From contig CAZQFL010000001.1 in NCBI GenBank assembly GCA_964592745.1, positions 12,400 through 76,399 on the forward strand: 64,000 bases of DNA. The letters run 5' to 3'. Origin of the DNA: an uncultured Desulfurococcaceae archaeon. GTDB lineage: Archaea > Thermoproteota > Thermoprotei_A > Sulfolobales > NBVN01. The notes below the pieces were generated by a model. It ran no database searches, was not told the DNA's origin, and was given only the letters and a program-made list of their open reading frames with translations. Positions 7,805 to 18,340 of the stretch are shown here, one piece after another. A program made the translations under genes and the position numbers. Each line of letters begins with the position of its first letter. The first letter of the stretch is position 1.

Positions 7805-8473
7805 TTACCTTAAACCATTCCTTACTATCGTAAGTACTATGTCACTTAAAGTCATCAGCTTAACGAGATACTCATTAATTATTGGTAATTTCGTTAATGT
7901 TAAACATGTAACTACAGCTATATTCATACCTGACCTTCTAAGTAAATATATAATGTCTATTAAAATAGGATTAAGCCTATTATCTATGTACTTATATTTG
8001 TAAGTAAATAGTTTACTAATATCTAATCCTAAATAAACATTCTTTTCACTCAAGGAAACTCTTAGAAATCCTCTATGCTTTAACTCTCTATCTATACCTT
8101 CAAGATCGATCTTCTTTACATTCTCAAGGATTAGTTCACGCTTAGCAATGTACTCTACATTGCTTATAGTTATCAACTTCAATTCCTTAACTATGAGATT
8201 AGAAAGAGATACTAGGTTATTGAGTTCAGCAATACATTCCTTATTCCTTAGGCAATCTATCTGTATATTTAATACTGCTTTGCCTGTACGTGATGTGAAG
8301 AATGCTATACTTACCTCATTTTCCAATGCTATAACACTCTGTAAGCTTCTATCTACATATGCATGAATACCTATCTTAGTTAATACATTATGAAGTTTTA
8401 ATGTGACGTCTTGAATATCTTGACCTGTAACCTCCATTGATAAACTTATACCTACCCTGAACACTCTATACAT
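7805..8473 (-). CDS. hypothetical protein
   Basis: 222-aa ORF starting 1 nt after the stop of the upstream HD-domain gene (same strand). No motif recognised. Confidence 0.55.
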   Translation of the reverse strand: MYRVFRVGISLSMEVTGQDIQDVTLKLHNVLTKIGIHAYVDRSLQSVIALENEVSIAFFTSRTGKAVLNIQIDCLRNKECIAELNNLVSLSNLIVKELKLITISNVEYIAKRELILENVKKIDLEGIDRELKHRGFLRVSLSEKNVYLGLDISKLFTYKYKYIDNRLNPILIDIIYLLRRSGMNIAVVTCLTLTKLPIINEYLVKLMTLSDIVLTIVRNGLR

Positions 8474-8474
8474 C

Positions 8475-9032
8475 TTAAAGACCTAACTCCTTAGCAATGT
8501 TCTTTAGTGCTTCCAGTCCTATACTAAAGAACTCATCTAAACTTAATCCCACGGTCTCTATCTCCTTAATTTTATCCCTTCTGACCCTCCTAGCGAAGTC
8601 CTTAGACTTAAACTTCCTCTTTAGCGACTCGACTTTAACTTCACTTAATTTCTTATTAGGCATGACCAATGCAGTAGCTATTATTAATCCTGAGAGATGA
8701 TCAGCAGCTCTTAATGCATGTATTAACCTATTATTAAGCTTCTTAGGCTCATAACCATTGAGTTCATTATGAGCTGCTATGGCATCTAATGCCTCGTCAG
8801 GCAGTAATCCCTTCAGAATCTCTAATGCCTTAAGTCCATGAACTTTGATATCTCTATTAACTACATCATAGTCAATATCGTGTAATAAGCCTGTAAGACC
8901 CCATAATTCCTCATCTTCACCTAACCTCCTGGCTAGCGCTCTCATTATTGCTTCAACAGCTAAGCAATGCTTAATCATTTTCTCATCATCTAGGTACCTC
9001 CTTAGTAGGTTAAGTGCTTCATCTCTATGCAT
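8475..9032 (-). CDS. HD-domain metal-dependent phosphohydrolase
   Basis: HCLAVE ... LLHDIDY (HD motif) ... AAHN. 185 aa. Confidence 0.85.
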   Translation of the reverse strand: MHRDEALNLLRRYLDDEKMIKHCLAVEAIMRALARRLGEDEELWGLTGLLHDIDYDVVNRDIKVHGLKALEILKGLLPDEALDAIAAHNELNGYEPKKLNNRLIHALRAADHLSGLIIATALVMPNKKLSEVKVESLKRKFKSKDFARRVRRDKIKEIETVGLSLDEFFSIGLEALKNIAKELGL

Positions 9033-9116
9033 GAGAGACCCACCACATATACTTCCTTAATCTAAGTATTTAACAATATTAGGGTGTTGGTTAAGTATCT
9101 TTTGGAGTAGAATTCC

Positions 9117-9779
9117 ATGAAAAGAATAAGAGAGACTGCACTCTATGAGTTTGCACTCACAATTCTTAAAAGTGTTGATATTCAAGTTAAGTCATGTTTA
9201 AAGTATAACGCAAAGTGTAGAGATCCGCCAGCAACAACATCGTCATTACTTAAGTCCAAACTAGGTCTTAGTGAATTTAAAATTAAGAGGTTTTGGAGAA
9301 TTGCTAGAGTATATCACGGATATTCCTTAAACATTTATAGATTAAGAGACGCATGGTTTCATTTAGTAATACTTGTTAGGAGAGGTACTGCATACTCCTA
9401 CAATGATGACTTCTTCCCTGACGAGTTTGACTGTATGAGAGCTAAGTGTTTAGAATATACTAATGAGAATATGCTGTACATATATCTTGAAGGCGGTCTT
9501 GGAGGCGAAGCTTTAAGAATAAACACTATATACATACTTAAAAAATTACTTGAGGTAGAGTCTGAATGCTACAAAAAAATTATGGAAGGTGTTGAAGGAA
9601 TCATTAGGAGAGACCATACAAGAATTGTTAGAAGTGTAACATGTTTATTTAGAATACTTAAGAGTTATAGTGCAATACTATCAGAGATACTACCTTTCAT
9701 ACCTAGATCATTGAATGACTTACTGCTTATCTCGCCAGCCTTAGGATCTATACTTTTAAGATTAGGAATTAGGAAGTGA
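9117..9779 (+). CDS. hypothetical protein
   Basis: 220-aa ORF with no recognisable motif. Confidence 0.5.
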   Translation: MKRIRETALYEFALTILKSVDIQVKSCLKYNAKCRDPPATTSSLLKSKLGLSEFKIKRFWRIARVYHGYSLNIYRLRDAWFHLVILVRRGTAYSYNDDFFPDEFDCMRAKCLEYTNENMLYIYLEGGLGGEALRINTIYILKKLLEVESECYKKIMEGVEGIIRRDHTRIVRSVTCLFRILKSYSAILSEILPFIPRSLNDLLLISPALGSILLRLGIRK

Positions 9780-9865
9780 TAATTAAAGCCCTGCTTAATG
9801 GCTTACACACATGAAATTATGTCCCAGGCTCCTTATTCCTAGCTTATTAAGTTAATATCCTAGGT

Positions 9866-11296
9866 ATGGGTATGAGAGTATTACTTGCCTTACCGCCTGA
9901 TATTCACGATCTGGAAATCTATAGAATTACAGGAATGAACGCCCCACCTTTAGGCCTTGCATGGATAGCGGCAGTCCTGGAAGAGAACGGTCATAAAGTT
10001 AGGATACTTGATACACCAACACTTAAAATATGTATGAAGAAATTCATAACAAAGGTTAAGGAGTGGAAACCTGATGTAGTAGGTATATCACTACAAACGC
10101 CAACAGCTCCTAGAGGTTATAAAGCAATAGCCACACTTAAGGAACTACTCCCTGATGTACCAATAATTGTTGGAGGTGTTCACCCAACATTTATGTATGA
10201 GGAGGCATTAAATCAAGGTGCTGATGTGGTTGTAAGGTATGAAGGTGAGTATACAACACTTGAGTTACTAAATACCATTGAACGTTACGGATTAGATGAG
10301 GAACGTCTAAAGAGAATTGAAGGTATAGCCTTTAGAGCAAAGGATGGTAGGGTCATAGTAACTAGACCTAGACCTTTAATTAGAGACTTAGACGAGTTAC
10401 CCTTACCTGCAAGGCATCTATTACCTATGGATAAGTATACATTATTCAATAAACCAATAAAGATCGCGCATATAATGGCTAGTAGAGGATGCCCCTATGG
10501 ATGCTCATTCTGTATAACATCATATTTCTGGGGTAGGAGGATAAGGTTTAGATCAGCTAAGAGAGTAGTTGATGAGATTGAGGAGGTCGTTCAAAAGTAT
10601 GGAGTTAAGACTATAGTATTTACTGATGATGAGTTAACAATAAATAGAAAGTTTATCTATGACTTGATAAGAGAACTAAAGGAGAGAGGACTTGACATAA
10701 CTTTTGCTTGCGGCTCTAGAGTAGATCATGTCAATAGAGAATTACTTAAGTTTCTATATGATAATGGTTGTACAGCAATATACTTTGGTGTTGAATCAGC
10801 ATCTCAGAATACTCTTGATAGGATAGGTAAGAAGATAAGGATCGAACAAGCAATTAAGGTATTTAGGTGGGTTAAAGAGCTTAAAGGCTTTGCTAGTGGT
10901 AGCTTCATTCTAGGCTTTCCATGGGAGACATTAAATGATATGAAGGAAACAGTGAATTTTGCGTTAAAGCTTGATCCTGACTATGCACAATTCACGGTCT
11001 TAACACCTTACCCCGGAACACCTATGTATGACTTCGCATTAAGGCATAACTTAATAGTAGATAGAAACTGGGAGCATTACACCACTGTAAGACCTGTCAT
11101 GAGAGGTTTTCACTTCACTGTTGAACAACTAGGTAAAATGTTAATTTACGCTTACAGGAAATTCTACCTAAGATTCTCATTCATTATTAGAGAGTTGAAA
11201 GCAGGTAGGTTAAGAGACTTAGCATCTATACTAGCACGTGAAGCAGCAAGATTTCTTGCTGAAGCAATTAAGGGTCTTACTGGTGGTAATAAATGA
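9866..11296 (+). CDS. B12-binding-domain radical SAM protein (class B)
   Basis: N-terminal Rossmann-like B12-binding region (MRVLLALPP...GLAWIAAVLEENGHKVRILD). Radical SAM CPYGCSFC (Cx3Cx2C). Confidence 0.85.
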   Translation: MGMRVLLALPPDIHDLEIYRITGMNAPPLGLAWIAAVLEENGHKVRILDTPTLKICMKKFITKVKEWKPDVVGISLQTPTAPRGYKAIATLKELLPDVPIIVGGVHPTFMYEEALNQGADVVVRYEGEYTTLELLNTIERYGLDEERLKRIEGIAFRAKDGRVIVTRPRPLIRDLDELPLPARHLLPMDKYTLFNKPIKIAHIMASRGCPYGCSFCITSYFWGRRIRFRSAKRVVDEIEEVVQKYGVKTIVFTDDELTINRKFIYDLIRELKERGLDITFACGSRVDHVNRELLKFLYDNGCTAIYFGVESASQNTLDRIGKKIRIEQAIKVFRWVKELKGFASGSFILGFPWETLNDMKETVNFALKLDPDYAQFTVLTPYPGTPMYDFALRHNLIVDRNWEHYTTVRPVMRGFHFTVEQLGKMLIYAYRKFYLRFSFIIRELKAGRLRDLASILAREAARFLAEAIKGLTGGNK

Positions 11297-12750
11297 AAAG
11301 AGAGAGAGGAGGTATTGGTGCGCTACTAGCGGCCTTTAGAGTAGTTCTAGGTAATCCGGGTATTAGGTCTGTACTTAGGATTGCTACCAAAAGAGTTGAC
11401 TGCCTATATAGAGATGGTCGTACATGGAATCAAACAATACTCTATCATGCTTTAGCTATGTTATCAAATGATATAGCTTCATGTCCATTAAGTGTTAGAT
11501 TTCTCGGAGGCATTATAGAGCTACTCATCAAAATAGGAATAGCTATAATGAGGGGTAGGGAGGAGGAGGTTAAAGAGGCATTTAAAGACCCAGCATTACG
11601 TAGAGGTGTCTCCACGGTTCTTGAGGGTATAGCTAAGTATGGAGTCACAGTACCTCAAAAACTTCCTGCACCATTCCTTATTGTTTGGAATTTCACTAAC
11701 ATGTGTAACCTAAGGTGTAAGCATTGTTATCAAAGAGCTGATAGACCTTTATCTGACGAATTAACGCTTAAGGAGAAACTAATACTAATTGATCAACTAG
11801 ATAGGGCTGGAGTAGCTGGGGTAGCTCTAAGTGGTGGCGAACCAACAATTCACCCACACTTTCTCATAACTATTAAGGCTATAGCTGATAGGGGGATGTA
11901 TGCTGCTGTAGCCACTAATGGCTGGAGACTTGCTGATATAGAATTCTTTAAGAAGGCTAAGAAGGCTGGTTTAAGATATGTTGAAGTCTCGGTTGATAGC
12001 GCATCACCGAGAAAGCATGACTGGTTTAGAGGTGTTGAAGGTTCATGGAATAGAGCTGTTAAAGCGTTAGAAAATGCTGTTAAGTTAGGTATCAACCATG
12101 CTATGGCGATAACTATAACTAAATATAATATCAATGAAGTTGATGAGCTCCTTGACCTAGCTGAGAGCTTAGGTGTGAAGAGAGTTGTATTCTTCAACTT
12201 CATACCCGTTGGTAGAGGTATTGATATAATTGAAGCAGATTTAGATCCTATAGAACGTGAGAAGTTCATGAGACACATCTATAAAGAGATGAAACGTAGA
12301 AAAATAGAAATAGTTACGACAGCACCTCAGTACGGTAGGGTAGTATTACAAATGAGTGGTGAGAAAGAGGTAGCACCAACACACTTCTATGTAGGTGGGG
12401 ACATAGCAGTAAAGTCTGTAGCTGAGTTCATTGGTGGTTGTGGTGCTGGTAGGATATATGCAGGTATTCAACCAAATGGTGATGTGATACCATGTGTATT
12501 CTTACCTATACCTGTTGGTAACATTAGGGATAAAGAATTTAAAGAAATTTGGGAGGAATCAGCAATACTGAAGAAATTAAGAGATAAAGACTTAATTAAG
12601 GGCTTCTGTGGAACATGCCCTTATAGATACGTATGTGGTGGGTGCAGAGCTCGTGCCTATGCATACTTTAATGATATCTTAGCACCTGATCCTGGATGTA
12701 TATACAATATTAAGTACTGGAAAAAGTTAGGGGAATTAAGAATTAGTTAA
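11293..12750 (+). CDS. radical SAM protein with SPASM-type auxiliary cluster domain and about 130-aa N-terminal extension
   Basis: CNLRCKHC (Cx3Cx2C). C-terminal Cys-rich region CGAGR...IPCVF...CGTCPYRYVCGGCRARA. ATGA overlap with the upstream gene. Confidence 0.85.
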   Translation: MKRERGGIGALLAAFRVVLGNPGIRSVLRIATKRVDCLYRDGRTWNQTILYHALAMLSNDIASCPLSVRFLGGIIELLIKIGIAIMRGREEEVKEAFKDPALRRGVSTVLEGIAKYGVTVPQKLPAPFLIVWNFTNMCNLRCKHCYQRADRPLSDELTLKEKLILIDQLDRAGVAGVALSGGEPTIHPHFLITIKAIADRGMYAAVATNGWRLADIEFFKKAKKAGLRYVEVSVDSASPRKHDWFRGVEGSWNRAVKALENAVKLGINHAMAITITKYNINEVDELLDLAESLGVKRVVFFNFIPVGRGIDIIEADLDPIEREKFMRHIYKEMKRRKIEIVTTAPQYGRVVLQMSGEKEVAPTHFYVGGDIAVKSVAEFIGGCGAGRIYAGIQPNGDVIPCVFLPIPVGNIRDKEFKEIWEESAILKKLRDKDLIKGFCGTCPYRYVCGGCRARAYAYFNDILAPDPGCIYNIKYWKKLGELRIS

Positions 12751-12793
12751 TAGATTAATACGACATCGTATAAGTGATTATGAGGGTAGTTAG

Positions 12794-14389
12794 TTGTATA
12801 TACAGTACGGATCACGTAATGATTTAAACGTGTTTGGGTTAATCAATGGTAATATATACGTTAGCTTTAAACCAATAAAAAAGGTTGAAGCCTTAGCTAT
12901 AGCTTACGGCAGGGTTATAGCTATAGGTAATAATAATTATGTAAGAAGGATCGTTCATGAATTGGGCGGTGAAGTGATAGATATTGGTAAGAGAACAGTA
13001 ATACCCGGATTTATCGATGCTCACTTACACCTAGATGGTGTAGCTTTAACACTTAAATCGTTAGATCTTAGAGGTACTCGATCGATAAATGAGTTAAAAT
13101 CTAAACTGAAGGATTTTGTGGATAGGAATCCTGATCTTGAGGTAATATATGGTAGGGGTTGGGATCAAGAACTATTTATTGAGGGTAGGTGGCCGACACG
13201 TTACGATATAGATGATGTAGTTGATGATAAGCCTGTAATCCTAATTAGGGTTTGCGGTCATGCTGCATTACTTAATACTAAAGCTATGGAGGATCTAGAC
13301 ATATTACGTAGCAAGTCTAAGGACGTGGTGAGAGATGAGAAGGGTATACCTACAGGGATAGTTAAGGAGTCAATAATCGATATAATCTCTTCATACGTTA
13401 AGGGTAAGTTAGTAAAGGAATACGATAAGTACATTCACGACGCGATTAATTACTTGTTATCTCAGGGAATAACTACAATAGGTTATGTTAGTGCAGATAT
13501 CAAGACAGTCAACTCATTATTAAGACTTACCAGAGAGGGTAAGACCTTACTAAGGATTTATGCGTATTTGGACTTAAGTGACTTCGAGAAATTCCTATCA
13601 TTTATGAATTCACCAATCTATAGCGATTATGTTAGTGTCGTAGGTGTTAAGGTATTCTTAGATGGCTCATTAGGTGCTAGGACCGCACTTCTTACTAAGC
13701 CTTATAATGATGATCCTCAAAACAGTGGTCAGGAGTTAATTAGTGTTAACGACCTGACTAAACTAATGGATAAGGCATTTAGCAAAGGATTCCAAGTTGC
13801 GGCACACGCTATTGGTGATAAAGCTATAGATAACGCTATAGTAGCATATGAGAGAGTACGTTCAAGTATTAAACGAAGTGATATACACTTTAGAATAGAA
13901 CATGCTTCAGTAATAAGACCTGACCAAATTAGGAAGTTACGAGAATTAGATGTAGCTGTTACGATACAGCCTAGATTCATAATTAGTGACTGGTGGGTTG
14001 TGAAAAGAGTTGGTACCGAGAGAGTGAAGTGGGTGTACCCGTTTAAGACCATGAAGAATGAAGGCATAACTATAGGCTTATCAACTGACGCGCCTGTTGA
14101 GCCTTCTAATCCTTGGGAGACAGTCTATGCAGCAGTAACTAGAGGTTCTCTTGAGAATATTGAATTAAGTAAATATACAGCTTATGAGGCACTAAGCATT
14201 AATGAGGCTCTACATCTCTATACGTATGGTTCAGCAAGAGTCCTTAACGTTAAAGACATAGGTAAGCTATTACCAGGTTATAAAGCCGATTTTGTAGTGT
14301 TAAGTAATGATCCATTAGTAACTAAGCCTAAGGAGTTAAGGAGGATAAAGATCTTAGAGGTATGGATTGGAGGGTTAAGGGTTAAGTAA
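12794..14389 (+). CDS. amidohydrolase family protein (YtcJ-like metal-dependent hydrolase)
   Basis: PGFIDAHLHLDG metal-binding motif, AAHAIGD, STDAPV. 531 aa. Confidence 0.85.
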   Translation: MYIQYGSRNDLNVFGLINGNIYVSFKPIKKVEALAIAYGRVIAIGNNNYVRRIVHELGGEVIDIGKRTVIPGFIDAHLHLDGVALTLKSLDLRGTRSINELKSKLKDFVDRNPDLEVIYGRGWDQELFIEGRWPTRYDIDDVVDDKPVILIRVCGHAALLNTKAMEDLDILRSKSKDVVRDEKGIPTGIVKESIIDIISSYVKGKLVKEYDKYIHDAINYLLSQGITTIGYVSADIKTVNSLLRLTREGKTLLRIYAYLDLSDFEKFLSFMNSPIYSDYVSVVGVKVFLDGSLGARTALLTKPYNDDPQNSGQELISVNDLTKLMDKAFSKGFQVAAHAIGDKAIDNAIVAYERVRSSIKRSDIHFRIEHASVIRPDQIRKLRELDVAVTIQPRFIISDWWVVKRVGTERVKWVYPFKTMKNEGITIGLSTDAPVEPSNPWETVYAAVTRGSLENIELSKYTAYEALSINEALHLYTYGSARVLNVKDIGKLLPGYKADFVVLSNDPLVTKPKELRRIKILEVWIGGLRVK

Positions 14390-14408
14390 AAAATTAGTTA
14401 TGTTTTAC

Positions 14409-14822
14409 TTACCTAAGTATTAAGACACTTGTATTAGCTGCAAGTGCTACAGCTATTGAAGTACTCTCATAAACTAACGCTGCAACGCCGTAATATCCTC
14501 TAGTACTCATGATTACTAAATCATAATGTGTCCCACTTAGCTCCCTAACGATCTCACTAGCAGCTGTTTCACCAGGTTTTGCTATACGTATCTTCAACTC
14601 GTACTCGATGCCCTTAAGTTTATCATTTAGTATTTTCTTGATTTTTTCAATACCTGGGTCCTTATCTGATTGTGCCACATAGAGAAATGTTAATTTAGAG
14701 CCATAACTCGTTGCAAACTCCATAGCTATGTTTATTGCATGTTCAGCGTGTGGCTGAGGTACTATAGGTACTAGTATTCGTCTAAACCTATATGCTAGGA
14801 ATGAGCTTGGTTCTTCAACCAT
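14409..14822 (-). CDS. universal stress protein (UspA family)
   Basis: RILVPI...DLVIMSTRGY...SVLILR pattern. I use the ATG at 14822 rather than 14897, which would run deep into gap. Confidence 0.75.
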   Translation of the reverse strand: MVEEPSSFLAYRFRRILVPIVPQPHAEHAINIAMEFATSYGSKLTFLYVAQSDKDPGIEKIKKILNDKLKGIEYELKIRIAKPGETAASEIVRELSGTHYDLVIMSTRGYYGVAALVYESTSIAVALAANTSVLILR

Positions 14823-15864
14823 ATACCTTCCCCTCCATGAAGAGTCCAAGCGCTTCGTCAGTCTTTCTAATTGATGACCACATATTGGTGTAGCCACTAA
14901 CGGCCCTTATCGCATCGATATTCTCAGGAATCACTATAGATTCTTGATGTACAGCCATTAGGAACATTAACTCATTTTGATCAATTACTGACACAGTATC
15001 CTTAAATATTATGTTCTCAGGTACGTCTGCTCTATGTCTACCAATATCTCTAGCCCACTCAATGACTTGTGCAGAACTTCTGAATCCGTAGGACGACTCG
15101 AATAACATTATCCTAGGTGTCCTGTATAAGGTTTCTAGAGCTTCATCACGTGAGATTCCATCCTTAAATGATATGTTGACAAAGTGTAGATGGGTTATCG
15201 TTACTGGGATAGCTATAGCTGATGTAACTATATTTATGTCTGGTAAGACACTTTTTACGTCCTCTGCGTGGTGACTTGGTATTTTTGGTGGATCTAGAAT
15301 TACATCATTTATGGGTCCTCTTCGGTATTCGTGAGGATCTGCACCTCTTCTAGCAATGTTAACTCTGACCTTCTCTATCTTATAGCCATTATTGAGGTAT
15401 GCAGCTATTACTCTAAGTATTGCTGTTGTGTTACAGCTAACTACTCTAACGAATCTCTTACCTACGGCCTTGCTGTAATTAGCTAGTGCACTGAAACTTA
15501 CATCAGCTACATTGGCTTTCTCACCACCCTGAAATATCACCTTAACCTTACGATCCATGTATAGAGTATTCTTATTCTTAGCTCCAATACCTGCAGGTGT
15601 CGCATCAACAACTACATCAACTCTATCGAGTAGTTCCTCAATAGTTCCTTGAGGTTCTATGCCAGCACTCTTGAAACTCTCAAACTTCTCCTTAGGTACG
15701 TAAACCTTTATTCCCTTACTATATGCTACCTTAACTTTGTAATCCGGTACTACATCAGCAATACCTACTAACTCCATGTCATCCTGCTTAAGTACGGCAT
15801 CTGCTACTCTCTTACCTATAGTTCCATAACCTACGACACATACCTTTATCATGTATCCCACCAC
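14815..15864 (-). CDS. gap: glyceraldehyde-3-phosphate dehydrogenase, archaeal type II
   Basis: VGYGTIGKR NAD-binding motif and SCNTT active-site Cys. The true start is probably MIKVCVVGYG. Confidence 0.9.
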   Translation of the reverse strand: MVGYMIKVCVVGYGTIGKRVADAVLKQDDMELVGIADVVPDYKVKVAYSKGIKVYVPKEKFESFKSAGIEPQGTIEELLDRVDVVVDATPAGIGAKNKNTLYMDRKVKVIFQGGEKANVADVSFSALANYSKAVGKRFVRVVSCNTTAILRVIAAYLNNGYKIEKVRVNIARRGADPHEYRRGPINDVILDPPKIPSHHAEDVKSVLPDINIVTSAIAIPVTITHLHFVNISFKDGISRDEALETLYRTPRIMLFESSYGFRSSAQVIEWARDIGRHRADVPENIIFKDTVSVIDQNELMFLMAVHQESIVIPENIDAIRAVSGYTNMWSSIRKTDEALGLFMEGKVYG

Positions 15865-15873
15865 GGAAAAACC

Positions 15874-17118
15874 TTAACCGAATTTCTTAATGTTTTTACT
15901 ACATGACATTTTTAACGCACGTAGAGCGGGTAAGTCACGACCAACTATTGATTCGAGGAAAGCTCTGCCACCAGTAGATACGTGAGTAACCTTATTAATC
16001 AACCTTATCTTCCTAGCTAGTGCTATGGTATGACCTCCTGCAATAATTACTTTCTTATTCATGGATATGGACTCCTGAAGAAGTGTAGCTGTTCCCTTAA
16101 TGAAGTTATCATCCTCAATATAGCCTAAGGGCCCACTAAATACCACAATCTCTGCCTCCCTAATCTTATCTATATAATTACGTATGGTTATCGAGCCTAT
16201 ATCCATGATATCATTACTTATTGAATAAACATCTACATCGATTCTACACCCCTCAACATTTATGGCTACATCTGCTGGTACCTCAATTGACTCTCCATAA
16301 TTATTAAGTAATGTCTTAGCATAATCAACATAGGATAATAGACCGTAGTTTTCAATCATACGTTTTAACTCACTAGTTAGGAATCCATACTTAGCTGCTA
16401 TGAATACGACACCTAAGAGTCCACCAACTAATATCTTACTGAATAGGCTCTTCCTTAAAGCTTCCTCTAAAGCTCTCAACGTCTCAGGTACCTTAGCACC
16501 CCCAGCAACTAGTACTGCCTTACCCTTACTCTGCTCTATCTCAGCTAGACTCTTTAGTTCATCTTCAAGAACTAACCCCATACAGCTGGGTAGGACTAAC
16601 GGGAAACCAACAACACTTGGCTGAGCTCTATGAGCTACTGCGAACCCGTCAAATACGAAGTAATCAAATAGTGGTGCTAACTTCCTGACTAAGTATGTAT
16701 TAGCTTGGGCTTCAATCTTACGCTCAATTACCTCTTCACTAATGAATCTTACGTTATCGAGTAACAGCACCTCACCAGGTTTTAATGACTTAATACGCTC
16801 TCTAGCTGATGGCCCCATTATATCATCAATAAAGTCTATTGAATAGCCTAAGTACTTCTCCAACACTTTTTTGTGCTTCTCTAATGAGGTAAAGTCCTCT
16901 CTACCAGGTCTTCCTTGATGAGCTAGTATAACTACCCTACATCTAGATTTAACTAGGTAGTCTATGGTTTTAGCGTGTGCTTGGAATCTATAATCATCAA
17001 GTATCTCCTTCGTCTTAGGGTCTAATGGTGAATTTATATCTATCCTAACTAATACTCTAGCACCTTCCTTAGCACAGTATTTAATATTTTTAATTTCCTT
17101 AAGATATTCAGTAAACAA
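15874..17118 (-). CDS. pgk: phosphoglycerate kinase
   Basis: 414 aa. RIDINSP, AHQGRPG and GGAKV motifs. Lies upstream of gap in the same orientation. Confidence 0.9.
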   Translation of the reverse strand: MFTEYLKEIKNIKYCAKEGARVLVRIDINSPLDPKTKEILDDYRFQAHAKTIDYLVKSRCRVVILAHQGRPGREDFTSLEKHKKVLEKYLGYSIDFIDDIMGPSARERIKSLKPGEVLLLDNVRFISEEVIERKIEAQANTYLVRKLAPLFDYFVFDGFAVAHRAQPSVVGFPLVLPSCMGLVLEDELKSLAEIEQSKGKAVLVAGGAKVPETLRALEEALRKSLFSKILVGGLLGVVFIAAKYGFLTSELKRMIENYGLLSYVDYAKTLLNNYGESIEVPADVAINVEGCRIDVDVYSISNDIMDIGSITIRNYIDKIREAEIVVFSGPLGYIEDDNFIKGTATLLQESISMNKKVIIAGGHTIALARKIRLINKVTHVSTGGRAFLESIVGRDLPALRALKMSCSKNIKKFG

Positions 17119-17186
17119 GAACTACTCCCCTATAGTCTCGAGACTAGTAATTTAAGCACTAGTGTTAAAACATTAGGGGTACTAAC

Positions 17187-18338
17187 TTGAGGAGGGACTT
17201 AATTAATGACTTCCCATTTATAGAGAAAGTCATATATTTAAACACAGCTAGTATTGGTTTAGTACCTATACCCGTTTTAAGAGCTGTTAAGGAATTCATT
17301 GAAAATCTATTCATTAAGGGTACTACGTATCTTAATGAAGAGATTGAGGAGAATATCTATGAGGAACTTAGAGTTAAAGCAGCTAAACTACTTGGATGTG
17401 AAACTGATGAGGTAGCGGTATTTAGTAGTGTATCTGAAGCTCTAAACTCCATTGCTTGGGCGTTAAGGGGTAAGGGTAAAATAGTCACTACAGACGTGGA
17501 ATTCCCCACAGTTGTTTATCCCTGGATTAGAATTGCTAAGGATAAGGGTTGGAAGGTTGTCTTAGTTCGATCTAAGAATTACTTAGTTGATGAAGCTGAT
17601 CTACTTAAGGTAATAGATGAGGATACTCTAGCTATATCGATAAGCCATGTAGAGTACTTATCAGGGCAGAGGTTCAACATCAAGGAATTAGCTAGGAAGG
17701 CGCATGATGTCGGTGCCTTACTAATAGTTGATGGTATACAGGCAACCGGATATATACCCGTAGATGTTAGAAAGGACGATGTAGATATATACATTACTGG
17801 CGCATATAAGTGGTTAATAGGACCTCAAGGTGCTGCTGTAGCGTACATCAAGCGTGAAATCTATGAAGAGCTAGAACCAGGCTTAGTTAGTTGGAGATCA
17901 GTAAAGAATATGTGGTCTCTTGAAGTTCATGAACGTATAGAGTATGCTGACACAGCTAAGAAGTTTGAGTATAGTACGAGTGCTTACGAAGCTAAGTTAG
18001 GTATGGCTAAATCCATAGAGTACTTACTTAAGCTAGGCATCGATAACGTGTTTAACTATAACATGAAGCTTACTAAATACCTTATGAATGAATTACTGAA
18101 TTTAGATAAGGTTAGACTCATAACACCAATAGACGACTCAAAGAGAGGGTCAATAGTAACTATCAGAGTTGATGGTCTAGACCCTATAAGTATTAAGAAG
18201 GAATTAATGAAGGGTGATAGAATTGTTGAATTAAGTATTAGGAGAGGCCTAGTTAGGTTCTCACCTCATTTCTATAATGATAAGGAAGATATGGACGAAG
18301 TTGTAGATAGGTTAAGAAGGATAATTAAAGGTGCTTAG
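17187..18338 (+). CDS. class V aminotransferase / cysteine desulfurase-like PLP enzyme
   Basis: YLNTASIG N-terminus. ITGAYKWLIGPQG contains the PLP lysine. Confidence 0.8.
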   Translation: MRRDLINDFPFIEKVIYLNTASIGLVPIPVLRAVKEFIENLFIKGTTYLNEEIEENIYEELRVKAAKLLGCETDEVAVFSSVSEALNSIAWALRGKGKIVTTDVEFPTVVYPWIRIAKDKGWKVVLVRSKNYLVDEADLLKVIDEDTLAISISHVEYLSGQRFNIKELARKAHDVGALLIVDGIQATGYIPVDVRKDDVDIYITGAYKWLIGPQGAAVAYIKREIYEELEPGLVSWRSVKNMWSLEVHERIEYADTAKKFEYSTSAYEAKLGMAKSIEYLLKLGIDNVFNYNMKLTKYLMNELLNLDKVRLITPIDDSKRGSIVTIRVDGLDPISIKKELMKGDRIVELSIRRGLVRFSPHFYNDKEDMDEVVDRLRRIIKGA

Positions 18339-18340
18339 TA

